A stretch of DNA of 20,000 nucleotides from an uncultured virus (IMG/VR IMGVR_UViG_3300025621_000004) (Duplodnaviria > Heunggongvirae > Uroviricota > Caudoviricetes), in IMG/VR virus record IMGVR_UViG_3300025621_000004, one strand, 5' to 3'. Under the pieces are notes generated by a model. It saw only the letters and a list, made by a program, of their open reading frames with translations. It searched no databases and had not been told where the DNA came from. Shown one piece after another: positions 1 to 9,219 of the stretch (the first letter of the stretch is position 1; the number at the start of each line of letters is the position of its first letter). A program made the position numbers and the translations under genes.

Positions 1-30
1 AATACAGGTGGAATTGAACTCTTCTTTTAG
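1..30 (+). CDS. 3' end of upstream gene (…NTGGIELFF*), possibly late sigma factor gp55 by synteny
   Basis: Open frame from position 1 ending TAG at 28-30; gp55 often precedes gp47 in T4-like phages. Identity is a synteny guess only. Confidence 0.3.
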   Translation, partial: NTGGIELFF

Positions 31-44
31 AGGCATTTTATATT

Positions 45-1106
45 ATGAGTAAGTTAGCAATCTTAAATGATACGCATTTTGGTGTAAAGAACGGTTCACA
101 GATCTTCTTGGATTATTCAAGTAAGTTCTTTTCTGAAGTATTCTTTCCATATTGTCTAGAACATGATATCAAACATGTGCTGCACTGTGGCGACTACTTT
201 GATCATAGAAAGTTCGTCAACTATAAAGTCATGCAGCATTCATTCGATGCCTTCATTTCAAAACTCTATGAGTATGACATGACGATGGATATTGTTCCCG
301 GCAATCATGACGTATACTATAAGAACACCAATGAACTCAATTCGTTAGAACAAGTTCTTGGTCAGTATTCTGATCGTGTGCACATCCACATGAATCCAAT
401 TGATAAAGACTTTGATGGACTGAGTATAGGATTCCTCCCATGGATGACACAAGATAATTATGACGAATGTACAAAGTTCATCGCGACTTCAAAATCGCCT
501 GTCATTCTTTCGCACTTAGAACTACAGGGATTTATAATGGGCAAAGGATTGCCAGTAGCATCTCATGGTTTAAACTCAAGTTTGTTTTCTCGCTATGAGA
601 TGGTTCTATCTGGTCACTATCATACCAAATCGACACAAGGCAACATACACTACCTTGGCACACAGATGGAATTGACGTGGTCTGATGCTGGTGATCCTAA
701 GTACTTCCACGTATTAGACACTGATACACGTGAGTTGACTCCAGTGAGAAATAAGTATTTACTTTTTCGCAGAATAAGATATAATGGTACAGAGACAGAG
801 GCTATTACGCGTGATGAGATTAGAGGATCTTATGTTAAAGTTGTAGTAGTATCTAAAAAAGACCTATATGAGTTTGACAAGTTTATTGATCGCCTTCAAT
901 CGTATGAACCCTTCGAAGTAAAAATCGTTGAAACATTCGAAGAATACACTGGTGAAAATGTTAATGATGACGATATATCAACAACCGATACACCGACATT
1001 GCTTAATACCTATGTTGACTCTATAGAAACAGATCTCGACTCTGATAAACTAAAAACCATGCTACAAGAATTATTCGTCGAAGCACAACAGCTTGAATCT
1101 ATATAA
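45..1106 (+). CDS. gp47: Recombination endonuclease subunit (Mre11/SbcD-like metallophosphoesterase), T4 gp47 homolog
   Basis: Phosphoesterase motifs DTHFG, GDYFD, GNHD, SHLE, SGHYH; directly upstream of an SMC-like ATPase. Confidence 0.95.
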   Translation: MSKLAILNDTHFGVKNGSQIFLDYSSKFFSEVFFPYCLEHDIKHVLHCGDYFDHRKFVNYKVMQHSFDAFISKLYEYDMTMDIVPGNHDVYYKNTNELNSLEQVLGQYSDRVHIHMNPIDKDFDGLSIGFLPWMTQDNYDECTKFIATSKSPVILSHLELQGFIMGKGLPVASHGLNSSLFSRYEMVLSGHYHTKSTQGNIHYLGTQMELTWSDAGDPKYFHVLDTDTRELTPVRNKYLLFRRIRYNGTETEAITRDEIRGSYVKVVVVSKKDLYEFDKFIDRLQSYEPFEVKIVETFEEYTGENVNDDDISTTDTPTLLNTYVDSIETDLDSDKLKTMLQELFVEAQQLESI

Positions 1107-2827
1107 TGTTACTCTTTGAATCTATATCATATAAAAACTTCCTATCAACTGGCGATAAGCCAACAGTCATTGAGTTGAATAAGGATAGTGCCACTCTAGT
1201 AGTAGGTGCAAATGGTGCTGGCAAATCTACAATGCTTGATGCTATCTCGTATGCTTTGTTTGGAAAACCACACCGAAACATTAATCGGCCGCAGTTAGTC
1301 AACAGCATTAATAATAAGCAGTTGCTAGTAGAAGTTAAGTTCTCTCTTGGTTCAAACAGGTATCGTGTAATTCGTGGTATGAAGCCAAACATCTTTGAGA
1401 TCTATCATAACGATGTGATGCTCAATCAAGAGTCTCACTCACGTGATTATCAGAAGGTGCTAGAGATGAACATTCTCAAACTGAACCATCGATCGTTTCA
1501 CCAAGTAGTTGTATTAGGATCGGGAAACTTCATTCCCTTTATGCAGCTTCCATCGTATCAACGTCGTAGTGTGATCGAAGATCTATTAGACATTGGCATC
1601 TTTACAAAAATGAATATGCTCACTAAAGAGCGTTTCTCTAAACTAAAGAGTGATCTTCTCGATACTGATAATCAATTGAATATCATTAAAGAACAGATCA
1701 CATTACAATCTAAACATATTAGTGATCTTCAGAATATTGATATCCAACGTTCAACAAAGGCGTCGAAGAAGATCGATTCTCTCCAGTCGGAGATCGAACT
1801 ACTTGAAAAACGTAATGCATCGTTGAATGATAGTTATACAGAACAACTTCGTCCACTGATATCTAAACTAGAGAAGGCTCAATCTAAACTAGATAAGCTG
1901 ACAGAGTATAAGATCCAAATCAATTCAAAGATTAGCGATGTTGTAAAGCACGCAAGATTTTATGAAACAAATAACTCATGCCCAACATGTGAGCAGGATA
2001 TCTCTTTAGAATTAAAGGCGAATAAACATGACGAAGCTTCAGTTACAGCAAAAGCGTTAAGTGATGGTCTAAAGGAATTAGATATCAATATCGCAGATGC
2101 CTCAGAAAAGCTTAGTGTTATTCGAGCTAATCATTCTGAAGTTCAAAGCATACAATCTGATATTAGTTCGAATCAAAGGCTCATAGGCAATCTACAAGCA
2201 CAAATCACCGATCTTCAAAAGGAGAACGATATAACAGACGAGCTTACTGATACTGCTGCAGCTGCTCTTGAACTTGATACTCGAAAGACACACTATAGCG
2301 ATACACTTGATAGTAAGTCTAAACATCTCGAGACTCGTTCATATTACGATGCTATTGGTGAACTGTTAAAAGATACTGGAATTAAGACTAAGATCATTCG
2401 TCAGTATCTTCCGATAATGAATAATCTAATCAATAAGTATCTCAACATTCTTGACTTCTTCGTAAAGTTTGATTTAGATGAGTCATTTAACGAAACGATT
2501 AGATCTCGCCACCGTGATGAGTTTAGTTATGCTTCTTTCTCAGAAGGTGAAAAGTCGCGAATCGATTTGGCATTACTCTTTGCATGGCGACATATCGCTA
2601 AACTAAAGAATTCTACTAACACGAATCTCTTGATTCTTGATGAAACATTCGACTCGTCTCTCGATGTCGATGGAGTAGACAACCTCCTTAAGATTCTATA
2701 TAGCCTTAAGAAAGACTCAAATGTCTTTATCATATCTCACAAGAAGGATGTTCTCGATGGAAAGTTCCCTCGTAAGATCGAATTCGAGAAGGTAAACAAC
2801 TTCAGCCAAGTCAAGAAAGATGGATAA
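1106..2827 (+). CDS. gp46: Recombination ATPase subunit (Rad50/SbcC-like), T4 gp46 homolog
   Basis: Walker A GANGAGKS, coiled coil with CPTC zinc hook, signature FSEGE, Walker B LILDE, H-loop ISH; TAATG overlap with gp47. Confidence 0.95.
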   Translation: MLLFESISYKNFLSTGDKPTVIELNKDSATLVVGANGAGKSTMLDAISYALFGKPHRNINRPQLVNSINNKQLLVEVKFSLGSNRYRVIRGMKPNIFEIYHNDVMLNQESHSRDYQKVLEMNILKLNHRSFHQVVVLGSGNFIPFMQLPSYQRRSVIEDLLDIGIFTKMNMLTKERFSKLKSDLLDTDNQLNIIKEQITLQSKHISDLQNIDIQRSTKASKKIDSLQSEIELLEKRNASLNDSYTEQLRPLISKLEKAQSKLDKLTEYKIQINSKISDVVKHARFYETNNSCPTCEQDISLELKANKHDEASVTAKALSDGLKELDINIADASEKLSVIRANHSEVQSIQSDISSNQRLIGNLQAQITDLQKENDITDELTDTAAAALELDTRKTHYSDTLDSKSKHLETRSYYDAIGELLKDTGIKTKIIRQYLPIMNNLINKYLNILDFFVKFDLDESFNETIRSRHRDEFSYASFSEGEKSRIDLALLFAWRHIAKLKNSTNTNLLILDETFDSSLDVDGVDNLLKILYSLKKDSNVFIISHKKDVLDGKFPRKIEFEKVNNFSQVKKDG

Positions 2828-3035
2828 CTACAAAAAAGATGTTGCTAATAATATAATCGCGCTCGCGAGCACGCGCGCGCAAGATGATCCACAGCAGTTA
2901 GATAGCCAGATCTTCGAATCCTATTTCAAGAAAACCCTTGCGCCAGCGTTTAAAGCCGAATATGGCTTCAATATAAGGTATGGTACCTTTGATTCTATCA
3001 TTCTCCAGGCGTCAAGGGCTCTAGATTTGCCCTAA
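2820..3035 (+). CDS. Hypothetical protein (71 aa)
   Basis: ORF overlapping the gp46 stop and filling the gap to the promoter module; no recognisable motif. Confidence 0.5.
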   Translation: MDNYKKDVANNIIALASTRAQDDPQQLDSQIFESYFKKTLAPAFKAEYGFNIRYGTFDSIILQASRALDLP

Positions 3036-3153
3036 TTTTACAATTTTTGCACGGTCTACAGGTCAAAGTGCATAAGTGATTGATATTCAGGTATATAGAT
3101 TTGTGTACATATGTGCTCAAATATAGTATAATAGATCTAGAATCAAATAAGTT
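3031..3153 (+). promoter_or_regulatory. Repeated early promoter module, copy 1
   Basis: CAATTTT at 3041; TAAGTGATTGATA 3073-3085 (reverse complement TATCAATCACTTA matches IHF consensus WATCAANNNNTTR); -35 TGTACA 3104-3109; 17 bp; TATAAT 3127-3132. Confidence 0.85.
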
Positions 3154-5400
3154 ATGGAAAAAATACTCGACCTTCAGAACCAGTCCTCCTTGGCCAAGCT
3201 ATTGGCTACTGAGAACATTACTGTCACTCACAGCAAGTCCTTATCAACCGCATACTTCGACGTTAAGAATCGTGTGCTTGGCCTTCCAGTTTGGAAAGAC
3301 AAAGGTAAGGTTGTGTATGACATGCTTGTAGGCCACGAAGTCTCACATGCTCTTTATACAGACCACGCAGAATTTGAAAAGTTCATCGAGGAAGAAGGTC
3401 GTGGCAATTTCGATATTCTAAACATCATCGAAGACATTCGTATCGAGCGTCTAATCAAGATGAAGTATGCTGGTATGCCTCGTATTTTCAACGGTGCATA
3501 TAAGCAACTCGTTGAAGCTGACTTCTTTGGCACAGCTGATAAGGATATTGCAGCACTATCATTCTTAGATCGCTTAAATCTTCGTGCTAAAGTCGGACCA
3601 TTTGTTGATGTTCCTCTTAACGCTATTGAGGAAGACATTTTTAATCGCTGCCTTCAAGCCGAAACCTTTGACGATGTTGTTAAGCTCTATCACGAAGTGA
3701 AGAAGTTTATGAATGATCAGAAGAAAGAGGAACAGCCTCAAGACGAGGACGAGCAATCAACTGAAGAAGAACAATCTAAAGGTGATAGCGACGAAACTAC
3801 TGAAGACGCTCCAATGGACGAGTCACCAAACGAGTCCTCAGACGACTTTGGTGCTGATAATGTTGAAGACGACGGTGAAGAATCTTTTACTCAAGATGTT
3901 ATCGATGCATTAGAAGACGATGGCTCTACTGAAGAAACTGAAACAGTACAGTCTAATCAAGAACCTGATTCAGCAGCACCATCAGCAAGTGAAGGTGCAT
4001 CTGAGAAATCTGACTCAAACGGTGAGGATATCGATCTCACTAATCAATCTGAGACTATGAAGTCTTTTGATGAAAATGCGATTGAAGAACAAGAAACTGA
4101 TATGTACGGTCGCAATCGTACTCCAGCAATTTGTCTATGGCCTACAAAGACCACTGTCGAAAAGCACATCATCCCATATAAGTCGGTGCTTTCACAACGA
4201 TCAGACACAAGCGGAGATCCTGAATCGTATGATCAAGAATATTTAGAATTGGTCGCGACTCGCTCAATCGAATTTAAGAAGAATCTTAATAAGAAAGTTG
4301 GAGTTCTCGTCCGCGAGTTCGAACGTCGTAAGGCTTCATACCAATACTCAAGAGCACAAGAATCTCGTCGTGGATCTTTGGATGTCAACAACTTGCATAA
4401 GTACAAGTACGATGATCAAATCTTCCAAACAACGATGAAGTTGGCAGATGCTAAAAGCCACGGAATGATCTTCTTTATTGACTACTCTGGCTCAATGAGT
4501 CACGTACTCAGAGACGTCCTTGAGCATACACTCAATTTGGTACACTTTTGCAAGAAGGTTGGTATTCCATTCGAAGTCTATTCATTCACTTCTAACTACT
4601 CTCTTGACAACAAGGATATAGGACAGTCTGAATATGAATTTGATATGAAGAATCTAGTTCTCGCTAACTTGTTCTCAAGCGATATGTCAAAAGCCGAATA
4701 CAAAATAGCGTTTGATCAAGTAGTCAATCAGATCTCCTTCTCAAATGTCGGCTCATTCTCTCAACATGGTCTATCACCGTTCGAGCACCTCGGCGGTACA
4801 CCATTAGACGCTGCACTTATAGCAGCACATCACGTGGTAAAGAAGTTCAACAAAAAGCACGGTGTCCAAAAGACAAATGTGATTTTCCTCACTGATGGTG
4901 AATCGCACTCGTGCTTCCCTGCTAATGTTCGTTATTGCGCACCATCATTTACAACAATTGTTGGAGGAAAGCAATATAGTCTTCCACGAAATGGACAAAC
5001 ACCAGTATTCACCAAGATGTTAGGTGATATCACTGGAGCAACAACTATTGGATGGTACTTACCCTCACGTAAAGCAACAGCTGTAAATCACCTTCGAGCT
5101 ATGGCATTCTCATCTGCAAAAGCACTGCACTACAGCGAAACCACCAAAAAGTGGATAAAGCAATATGGTAAGGATGGCTTCTTCAATGCACTCAACTGCT
5201 TTGGCTATGATTCGTACTTCCTTCTCAATTCAGATATCAAGATCAAAGATGAGGAGTTCGCCTATAAGCCAAATACTGACAAATCTCTATCTGACAACCG
5301 CGGTGAACAATCCAAGTTAGCTCGTGAATTCGCGAAACACAATATCAAGAATCGCCAAAACCGCATTATCATGACAAAGTTTGCTGAAACAATTGCCTAA
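3154..5400 (+). CDS. HEXXH metallopeptidase-like plus von Willebrand A domain protein (CobT-like partner of a MoxR/CobS AAA+)
   Basis: GHEVSH motif near the N-terminus, long acidic linker, MIDAS motif FIDYSGSM, GGTPL and FLTDGES; adjacent to an AAA+ gene. Confidence 0.85.
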   Translation: MEKILDLQNQSSLAKLLATENITVTHSKSLSTAYFDVKNRVLGLPVWKDKGKVVYDMLVGHEVSHALYTDHAEFEKFIEEEGRGNFDILNIIEDIRIERLIKMKYAGMPRIFNGAYKQLVEADFFGTADKDIAALSFLDRLNLRAKVGPFVDVPLNAIEEDIFNRCLQAETFDDVVKLYHEVKKFMNDQKKEEQPQDEDEQSTEEEQSKGDSDETTEDAPMDESPNESSDDFGADNVEDDGEESFTQDVIDALEDDGSTEETETVQSNQEPDSAAPSASEGASEKSDSNGEDIDLTNQSETMKSFDENAIEEQETDMYGRNRTPAICLWPTKTTVEKHIIPYKSVLSQRSDTSGDPESYDQEYLELVATRSIEFKKNLNKKVGVLVREFERRKASYQYSRAQESRRGSLDVNNLHKYKYDDQIFQTTMKLADAKSHGMIFFIDYSGSMSHVLRDVLEHTLNLVHFCKKVGIPFEVYSFTSNYSLDNKDIGQSEYEFDMKNLVLANLFSSDMSKAEYKIAFDQVVNQISFSNVGSFSQHGLSPFEHLGGTPLDAALIAAHHVVKKFNKKHGVQKTNVIFLTDGESHSCFPANVRYCAPSFTTIVGGKQYSLPRNGQTPVFTKMLGDITGATTIGWYLPSRKATAVNHLRAMAFSSAKALHYSETTKKWIKQYGKDGFFNALNCFGYDSYFLLNSDIKIKDEEFAYKPNTDKSLSDNRGEQSKLAREFAKHNIKNRQNRIIMTKFAETIA

Positions 5401-5523
5401 TTTCTCAATTTTCGAGCAGCCTTTATATCAAATTACACAAGTTACTGATAGCCAAGAACATAAAACCATTTACAATATACCTCAAATATGGTATAATAGA
5501 TCTATAACCAACCACTAAAGATT
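5396..5523 (+). promoter_or_regulatory. Repeated early promoter module, copy 2
   Basis: CAATTTT at 5406; CAAGTTACTGATA 5438-5450; -35 TTTACA 5469-5474; 17 bp; TGG-TATAAT with TATAAT at 5492-5497. Confidence 0.85.
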
Positions 5524-6669
5524 ATGACAAAAGAAAAACTCACAGAAACGCTCAAGGGGACCGGTAAGACCTCTTTTACTCGCCAAGAAATCCTCACCAT
5601 CGGCCAAAATGCTGGCATGGAAGACAGGGATATTTTTAAAGCACTAAATACGCTCCATCGTGTAAAACGCGGTATATACTCAGTTGACGCTGTTCCAATC
5701 CAAGCTCCAATCCAAGCTCCAATCGCGAGCAGCATCATTGAGAACAAAGTAGCTCTACGCGGCGTATCATCTGTCTCAAGTGACGAGGTGTATGTACCTA
5801 CAGTAGATCCTACATACATCAAGTGGGGAGAGTATAACGACATCATGAAGATTATCAAGTCTGGCATGTTCTTTCCAACATATATTTCTGGCCTCTCAGG
5901 CAACGGCAAAACCATGATGGTTGAACAAGCCTGTGCGAAAGCCAAACGCGAATTCGTACGAGTTCAAATCTCTCCAGAAACTGATGAGGACGACCTAATT
6001 GGTGGCTTCCGTCTTATTGATGGAGAAACCGTTTTCCAAAAAGGTCCAGTCGTAAAGGCAATGGAACGAGGTTGCATCCTCTTGATTGACGAGATCGATC
6101 GTTCCACCAACAAGATCATGTGTCTTCAAGGTGTGCTCGAAGGCAATCCAATTCTCCTTAAGAAAACTGGAGAAGTGGTTCGACCTGCTGATGGATTCAA
6201 CGTCATTGCAACCGCGAATACTAAAGGTCGTGGATCAGACGATGGTCGATTCACTGCAGCATCTATTATCGATGATGCATTCCTCGAACGATTCGTGTGT
6301 GTAGTTGATCAGCCATTCCCTCAGCCAACAATTGAGAAGAAGATTGTTTCAGCTCACATGTCCAAATTCGGTGTCGAAGACGAGGAATTCACTGATAAGC
6401 TAATCGCGTGGTCGAATGTAATTCGCAAAACGTTTGAGGCTGATGGTGTCGATGAAGTAATTTCCACCCGCCGTTTATGCCATATCTCAAAATGCTACTC
6501 AATCTTTGAGGATCGTATGAAGTCGATCAACAAGTGCATCAGCCGCTTCGACGACGAAACGCGAACAGCGTTCTTAGATCTCTATACCAAGATTGACGAG
6601 AGCCAACTCACTGAAGACGGAGAGATCGTGATCGAGGGCGAAATTATACCAGAAGACGCACCATTTTAA
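5524..6669 (+). CDS. CobS/MoxR-family AAA+ ATPase
   Basis: Walker A GLSGNGKT, DEDDLIGG, Walker B LLIDEID, ATANTKGRG, FLERF, ISTRRL; typical of the CobS-like protein of T4-like marine phages. Confidence 0.9.
   Translation: MTKEKLTETLKGTGKTSFTRQEILTIGQNAGMEDRDIFKALNTLHRVKRGIYSVDAVPIQAPIQAPIASSIIENKVALRGVSSVSSDEVYVPTVDPTYIKWGEYNDIMKIIKSGMFFPTYISGLSGNGKTMMVEQACAKAKREFVRVQISPETDEDDLIGGFRLIDGETVFQKGPVVKAMERGCILLIDEIDRSTNKIMCLQGVLEGNPILLKKTGEVVRPADGFNVIATANTKGRGSDDGRFTAASIIDDAFLERFVCVVDQPFPQPTIEKKIVSAHMSKFGVEDEEFTDKLIAWSNVIRKTFEADGVDEVISTRRLCHISKCYSIFEDRMKSINKCISRFDDETRTAFLDLYTKIDESQLTEDGEIVIEGEIIPEDAPF
5694..5724 (+). repeat. 12-bp in-frame tandem repeat (TCCAATCCAAGC x ~2.6) encoding PIQAPIQAPI
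   Basis: Read directly from the sequence; lies in the linker between the N-terminal domain and the AAA core. Confidence 0.85.
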
Positions 6670-6674
6670 CAATT

Positions 6675-6736
6675 TGCGGTGGAGACCGCATGTCATAACG
6701 AACAAAGTCCTATCTCTTCGTGGTTGGAGAGATAGG
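6675..6736 (+). other. Two intergenic stem-loops
   Basis: TGCGGT-GGAG-ACCGCA (6675-6690) and CCTATCTCTTC-GTGGTT-GGAGAGATAGG (6709-6736, 11 bp with one G:U); no U-tract follows. Confidence 0.65.
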
Positions 6737-6751
6737 CAACACTTTAAAAAT

Positions 6752-7054
6752 ATGAATAAGGGAATCAAATACGACAACAACAAACCAGACTATAGTCTAA
6801 TACCTCCACACGCGCTTGACGATGTCGCGAATGTACTAACCTATGGAGCACAAAAGTACGATAGAAACAATTGGCTCGAACTCGATAATCTCAATGAACG
6901 GTATTTTGCTGCAGCTCAACGACACATGTGGGCTATTCAAAGAGGAGAAACACACGACGATGAGACAGGCATTCATCACTCAGCACATGCTATTTGTTGT
7001 ATGATGTTCATTCTTGAATTTAGTTATTTACAAAACACCAAAAATAAGATATAA
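6752..7054 (+). CDS. dATP/dGTP diphosphohydrolase-like protein (DUF5664 family)
   Basis: GIKYDNNKPDYSLIP…VLTYGAQKY…NW…RH…DDETGIHHSAHA pattern; start moved to ATG 6752 because the upstream extension runs through hairpins. Confidence 0.85.
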   Translation: MNKGIKYDNNKPDYSLIPPHALDDVANVLTYGAQKYDRNNWLELDNLNERYFAAAQRHMWAIQRGETHDDETGIHHSAHAICCMMFILEFSYLQNTKNKI

Positions 7055-7055
7055 T
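7027..7055 (+). promoter_or_regulatory. Sigma70/T4-early-type promoter of gp45
   Basis: TTTACA 7027-7032, 17 bp, TATAAT 7050-7055; ATG at 7063. Confidence 0.8.
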
Positions 7056-7062
7056 AGATATT

Positions 7063-7737
7063 ATGAAAATTAGTAAAGAAACGTTAGAGGTGCTGAAGAA
7101 CTTTTCAGCAATTAACCCGAATCTTGTTATCTGCGAAGGTAGCAAGCTATCAACAATCGCTGACGCCAACAACATCATGGCTGCAGTGAATGTTTCAGAA
7201 ACCTTTCCGAAGAAGGTTGGCATCTATGATTTGAATGAATTCCTCTCAGCACTCTCGTTGATTGAAGATCCAGAATTCGAATTCGGAGATAGTGCTGTTA
7301 GCATTAAATCGAATACTGCGACACTTACATATCGATATGCTGATACTAGCATTTTGACTTCTCCAGAAAAGGAAGTGAATATGCCACCAACAGATGTCGA
7401 AGTCAATCTCACCGCAGACGACATCGCTCAAATCCGCCGAGCAGGTAGTGCTTTGAATCACCCAGTGGTATCAATCACGACTGAGCATGGAGATGATGCG
7501 GTATACCTACAAGTGAAGGATCCTAACAACTCATCAGCTAATGTCTATTCGCATAAAGTGTGTAGCGCTAGTTCTGATGATGCATACGATTATCAATTCC
7601 TTATTGCCAACCTTAAGCTTATTCCAGGCGATTATAAAGTAGCAGTAAGTTCTAAACTAATTTCGAACTGGGAGTGTATAAATAACACTTCAGTGAAATA
7701 TTGGATCGCTCTCGAAAAGACATCCACAACCAAATAA
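7063..7737 (+). CDS. gp45: Sliding clamp, T4 gp45 homolog
   Basis: MKISKETLEVLKNFSAINPNL start, GIYDLNEFL, NLKLIPGDYKV, YWIALE end; 224 aa; synteny. Confidence 0.95.
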   Translation: MKISKETLEVLKNFSAINPNLVICEGSKLSTIADANNIMAAVNVSETFPKKVGIYDLNEFLSALSLIEDPEFEFGDSAVSIKSNTATLTYRYADTSILTSPEKEVNMPPTDVEVNLTADDIAQIRRAGSALNHPVVSITTEHGDDAVYLQVKDPNNSSANVYSHKVCSASSDDAYDYQFLIANLKLIPGDYKVAVSSKLISNWECINNTSVKYWIALEKTSTTK

Positions 7738-7748
7738 TAATATCATAT

Positions 7749-8000
7749 ATGAGTGAAGAAACAACCACAGAGGAGCAAGTTCTCCCAGAAACACAAAATG
7801 AACCAGCAATCAGTCTAGCTGATTTTGCAGCTATGCTTCAAGTAATTGATGTATGCACAACTCGCGGAGGATTTCGCGGCGAAGAATTGTCGTCGGTAGG
7901 TCAACTTCGAGATCGTGTATCCGCATTCCTTGAATTCCATAAACCAGAAGAAGCGGCTGAAGAAGAAGCACCAGCTGACTCTGATGAGGCTGAAGCATAA
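7749..8000 (+). CDS. Acidic hypothetical protein (83 aa)
   Basis: Likely start ATG 7749 after the gp45 stop; helical core LADFAAMLQVIDVCTTRGGFRGEEL resembles a small protein family seen in aquatic T4-like phages. Confidence 0.75.
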   Translation: MSEETTTEEQVLPETQNEPAISLADFAAMLQVIDVCTTRGGFRGEELSSVGQLRDRVSAFLEFHKPEEAAEEEAPADSDEAEA

Positions 8001-8021
8001 TACGCTATAGGTTATTAATGC

Positions 8022-8056
8022 AAGATCCCTCTGTCTTAATTACAGAGGGATCTTTT
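8022..8056 (+). terminator. Rho-independent terminator
   Basis: Perfect 13-bp stem AAGATCCCTCTGT / ACAGAGGGATCTT with 7-nt loop, ending in TTTT. Confidence 0.8.
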
Positions 8057-8073
8057 AGCGTAGTACAAAAGGG

Positions 8074-8102
8074 TTTACTTACTTACATACATTTGGTATA
8101 AT
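8074..8102 (+). promoter_or_regulatory. Sigma70/T4-early-type promoter of gp44
   Basis: (G)TTTACT 8074-8079, 17 bp, TGG-TATAAT 8097-8102; ATG at 8108. Confidence 0.8.
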
Positions 8103-8107
8103 ATATT

Positions 8108-9058
8108 ATGAATAAAAATGAAAACGAATTTCTCTGGGTCGAGCGCCACCGCCCAAAAACAATTGACGAATGTATTCTTCCAGCATCGTTAAAGGCAACA
8201 TTCACTGATATTGTAAAGCATGGCGAACTGCATAATATGTTATTGTCAGGAACTGCAGGGTTAGGTAAGACAACTGTCGCACGTGCGCTATGTCATGAAT
8301 TGGATCTCGAATACTTACTTATCAATTCATCTGAGGAAAGTGGAATCGATGTTCTTCGTTCTAAGATCAAACAGTTTGCTTCGTCCGTGTCTTTACATGG
8401 TGGAAAGTACAAAGTAGTTATTCTTGACGAAGCTGATTATCTTAACGCGCAGTCAACACAACCAGCACTTCGTGGTTTTATCGAGGAGTTTAGTTCGAAT
8501 TGCAGATTCATTCTTACGTGTAATTTCAAGAATCGTATTATCGAACCACTTCATTCTCGTTGTTCTGTAATTGAATTCAACACGAATAAGAAACAGTTAG
8601 CTGGTCTCGCTGCGCTGTTTATGAAACGACTTCAAGATATTCTAAAGACTGAAGGCATTACGTATAACGATAAAGTAATTGCTGAACTTATTATGCGCTA
8701 TGCTCCAGATTGGAGACGTGTATTGAATGAGTGCCAACGATACTCGGCTGCAGGAGAGATCACTCCAGATATTCTAGTTGATATGTCTGATCAAAGCGTT
8801 GCTCAACTTATTGCCCACCTAAAGACTAAAGACTTTAAGAGTATGCGAAATTGGGTTACGAATAATTCGGATGTTGATTCAGCTGTCATATTTAGAAAGA
8901 TCTATGACTCGTTATATGACTATGCTGAAGGTCAATCGATCCCAAGCATCATCATCATTCTTGCAGACTATCAATATAAGGCAGCATTTGTAAGTGACAG
9001 AGAATTGAATATCGTTGCATGCTTAACTGAAATCATGGCATCATCAACATGGAAATAA
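8108..9058 (+). CDS. gp44: Clamp loader large subunit, T4 gp44 homolog
   Basis: LWVERHRPKTIDECILP, Walker A GTAGLGKT, Walker B ILDEAD, SRC motif (LHSRC). Confidence 0.95.
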   Translation: MNKNENEFLWVERHRPKTIDECILPASLKATFTDIVKHGELHNMLLSGTAGLGKTTVARALCHELDLEYLLINSSEESGIDVLRSKIKQFASSVSLHGGKYKVVILDEADYLNAQSTQPALRGFIEEFSSNCRFILTCNFKNRIIEPLHSRCSVIEFNTNKKQLAGLAALFMKRLQDILKTEGITYNDKVIAELIMRYAPDWRRVLNECQRYSAAGEITPDILVDMSDQSVAQLIAHLKTKDFKSMRNWVTNNSDVDSAVIFRKIYDSLYDYAEGQSIPSIIIILADYQYKAAFVSDRELNIVACLTEIMASSTWK

Positions 9059-9219
9059 CAACAAAAATAATTGCTTGGCGCATATTGTCGATTGTACTAT
9101 GCTCGCTTATGGGTAGAATTTGGTTTGGTGATTGGCACGTTACAGCGTTCGGTATTTTTATTTCGTTTGTTATGACATTCGTTCACTATTACTTTGAAAA
9201 ACTATGGCCGACAAACTAA
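9049..9219 (+). CDS. Small membrane protein, DUF2061-like (56 aa; not in the ORF track)
   Basis: Hand translation MEITTKIIAWRILSIVLCSLMGRIWFGDWHVTAFGIFISFVMTFVHYYFEKLWPTN; K..AWRI….YY.E..W pattern with two hydrophobic helices; overlaps the gp44 stop and gp62 start. Confidence 0.75.
   Translation: MEITTKIIAWRILSIVLCSLMGRIWFGDWHVTAFGIFISFVMTFVHYYFEKLWPTN

Noticed and set aside
2866..3018. CG-alternating run (2866-2880) and imperfect inverted repeat CCCTTGCGCC / GGCGTCAAGGG as a structured RNA or origin
   Set aside because: Short, imperfect and inside a plausible ORF; not distinguishable from chance without comparative data
5524..6669. Calling the AAA+ gene a cobalamin-biosynthesis (cobS) auxiliary metabolic gene
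   Set aside because: No cobN or other cob genes here; generic MoxR-type AAA+/VWA pair
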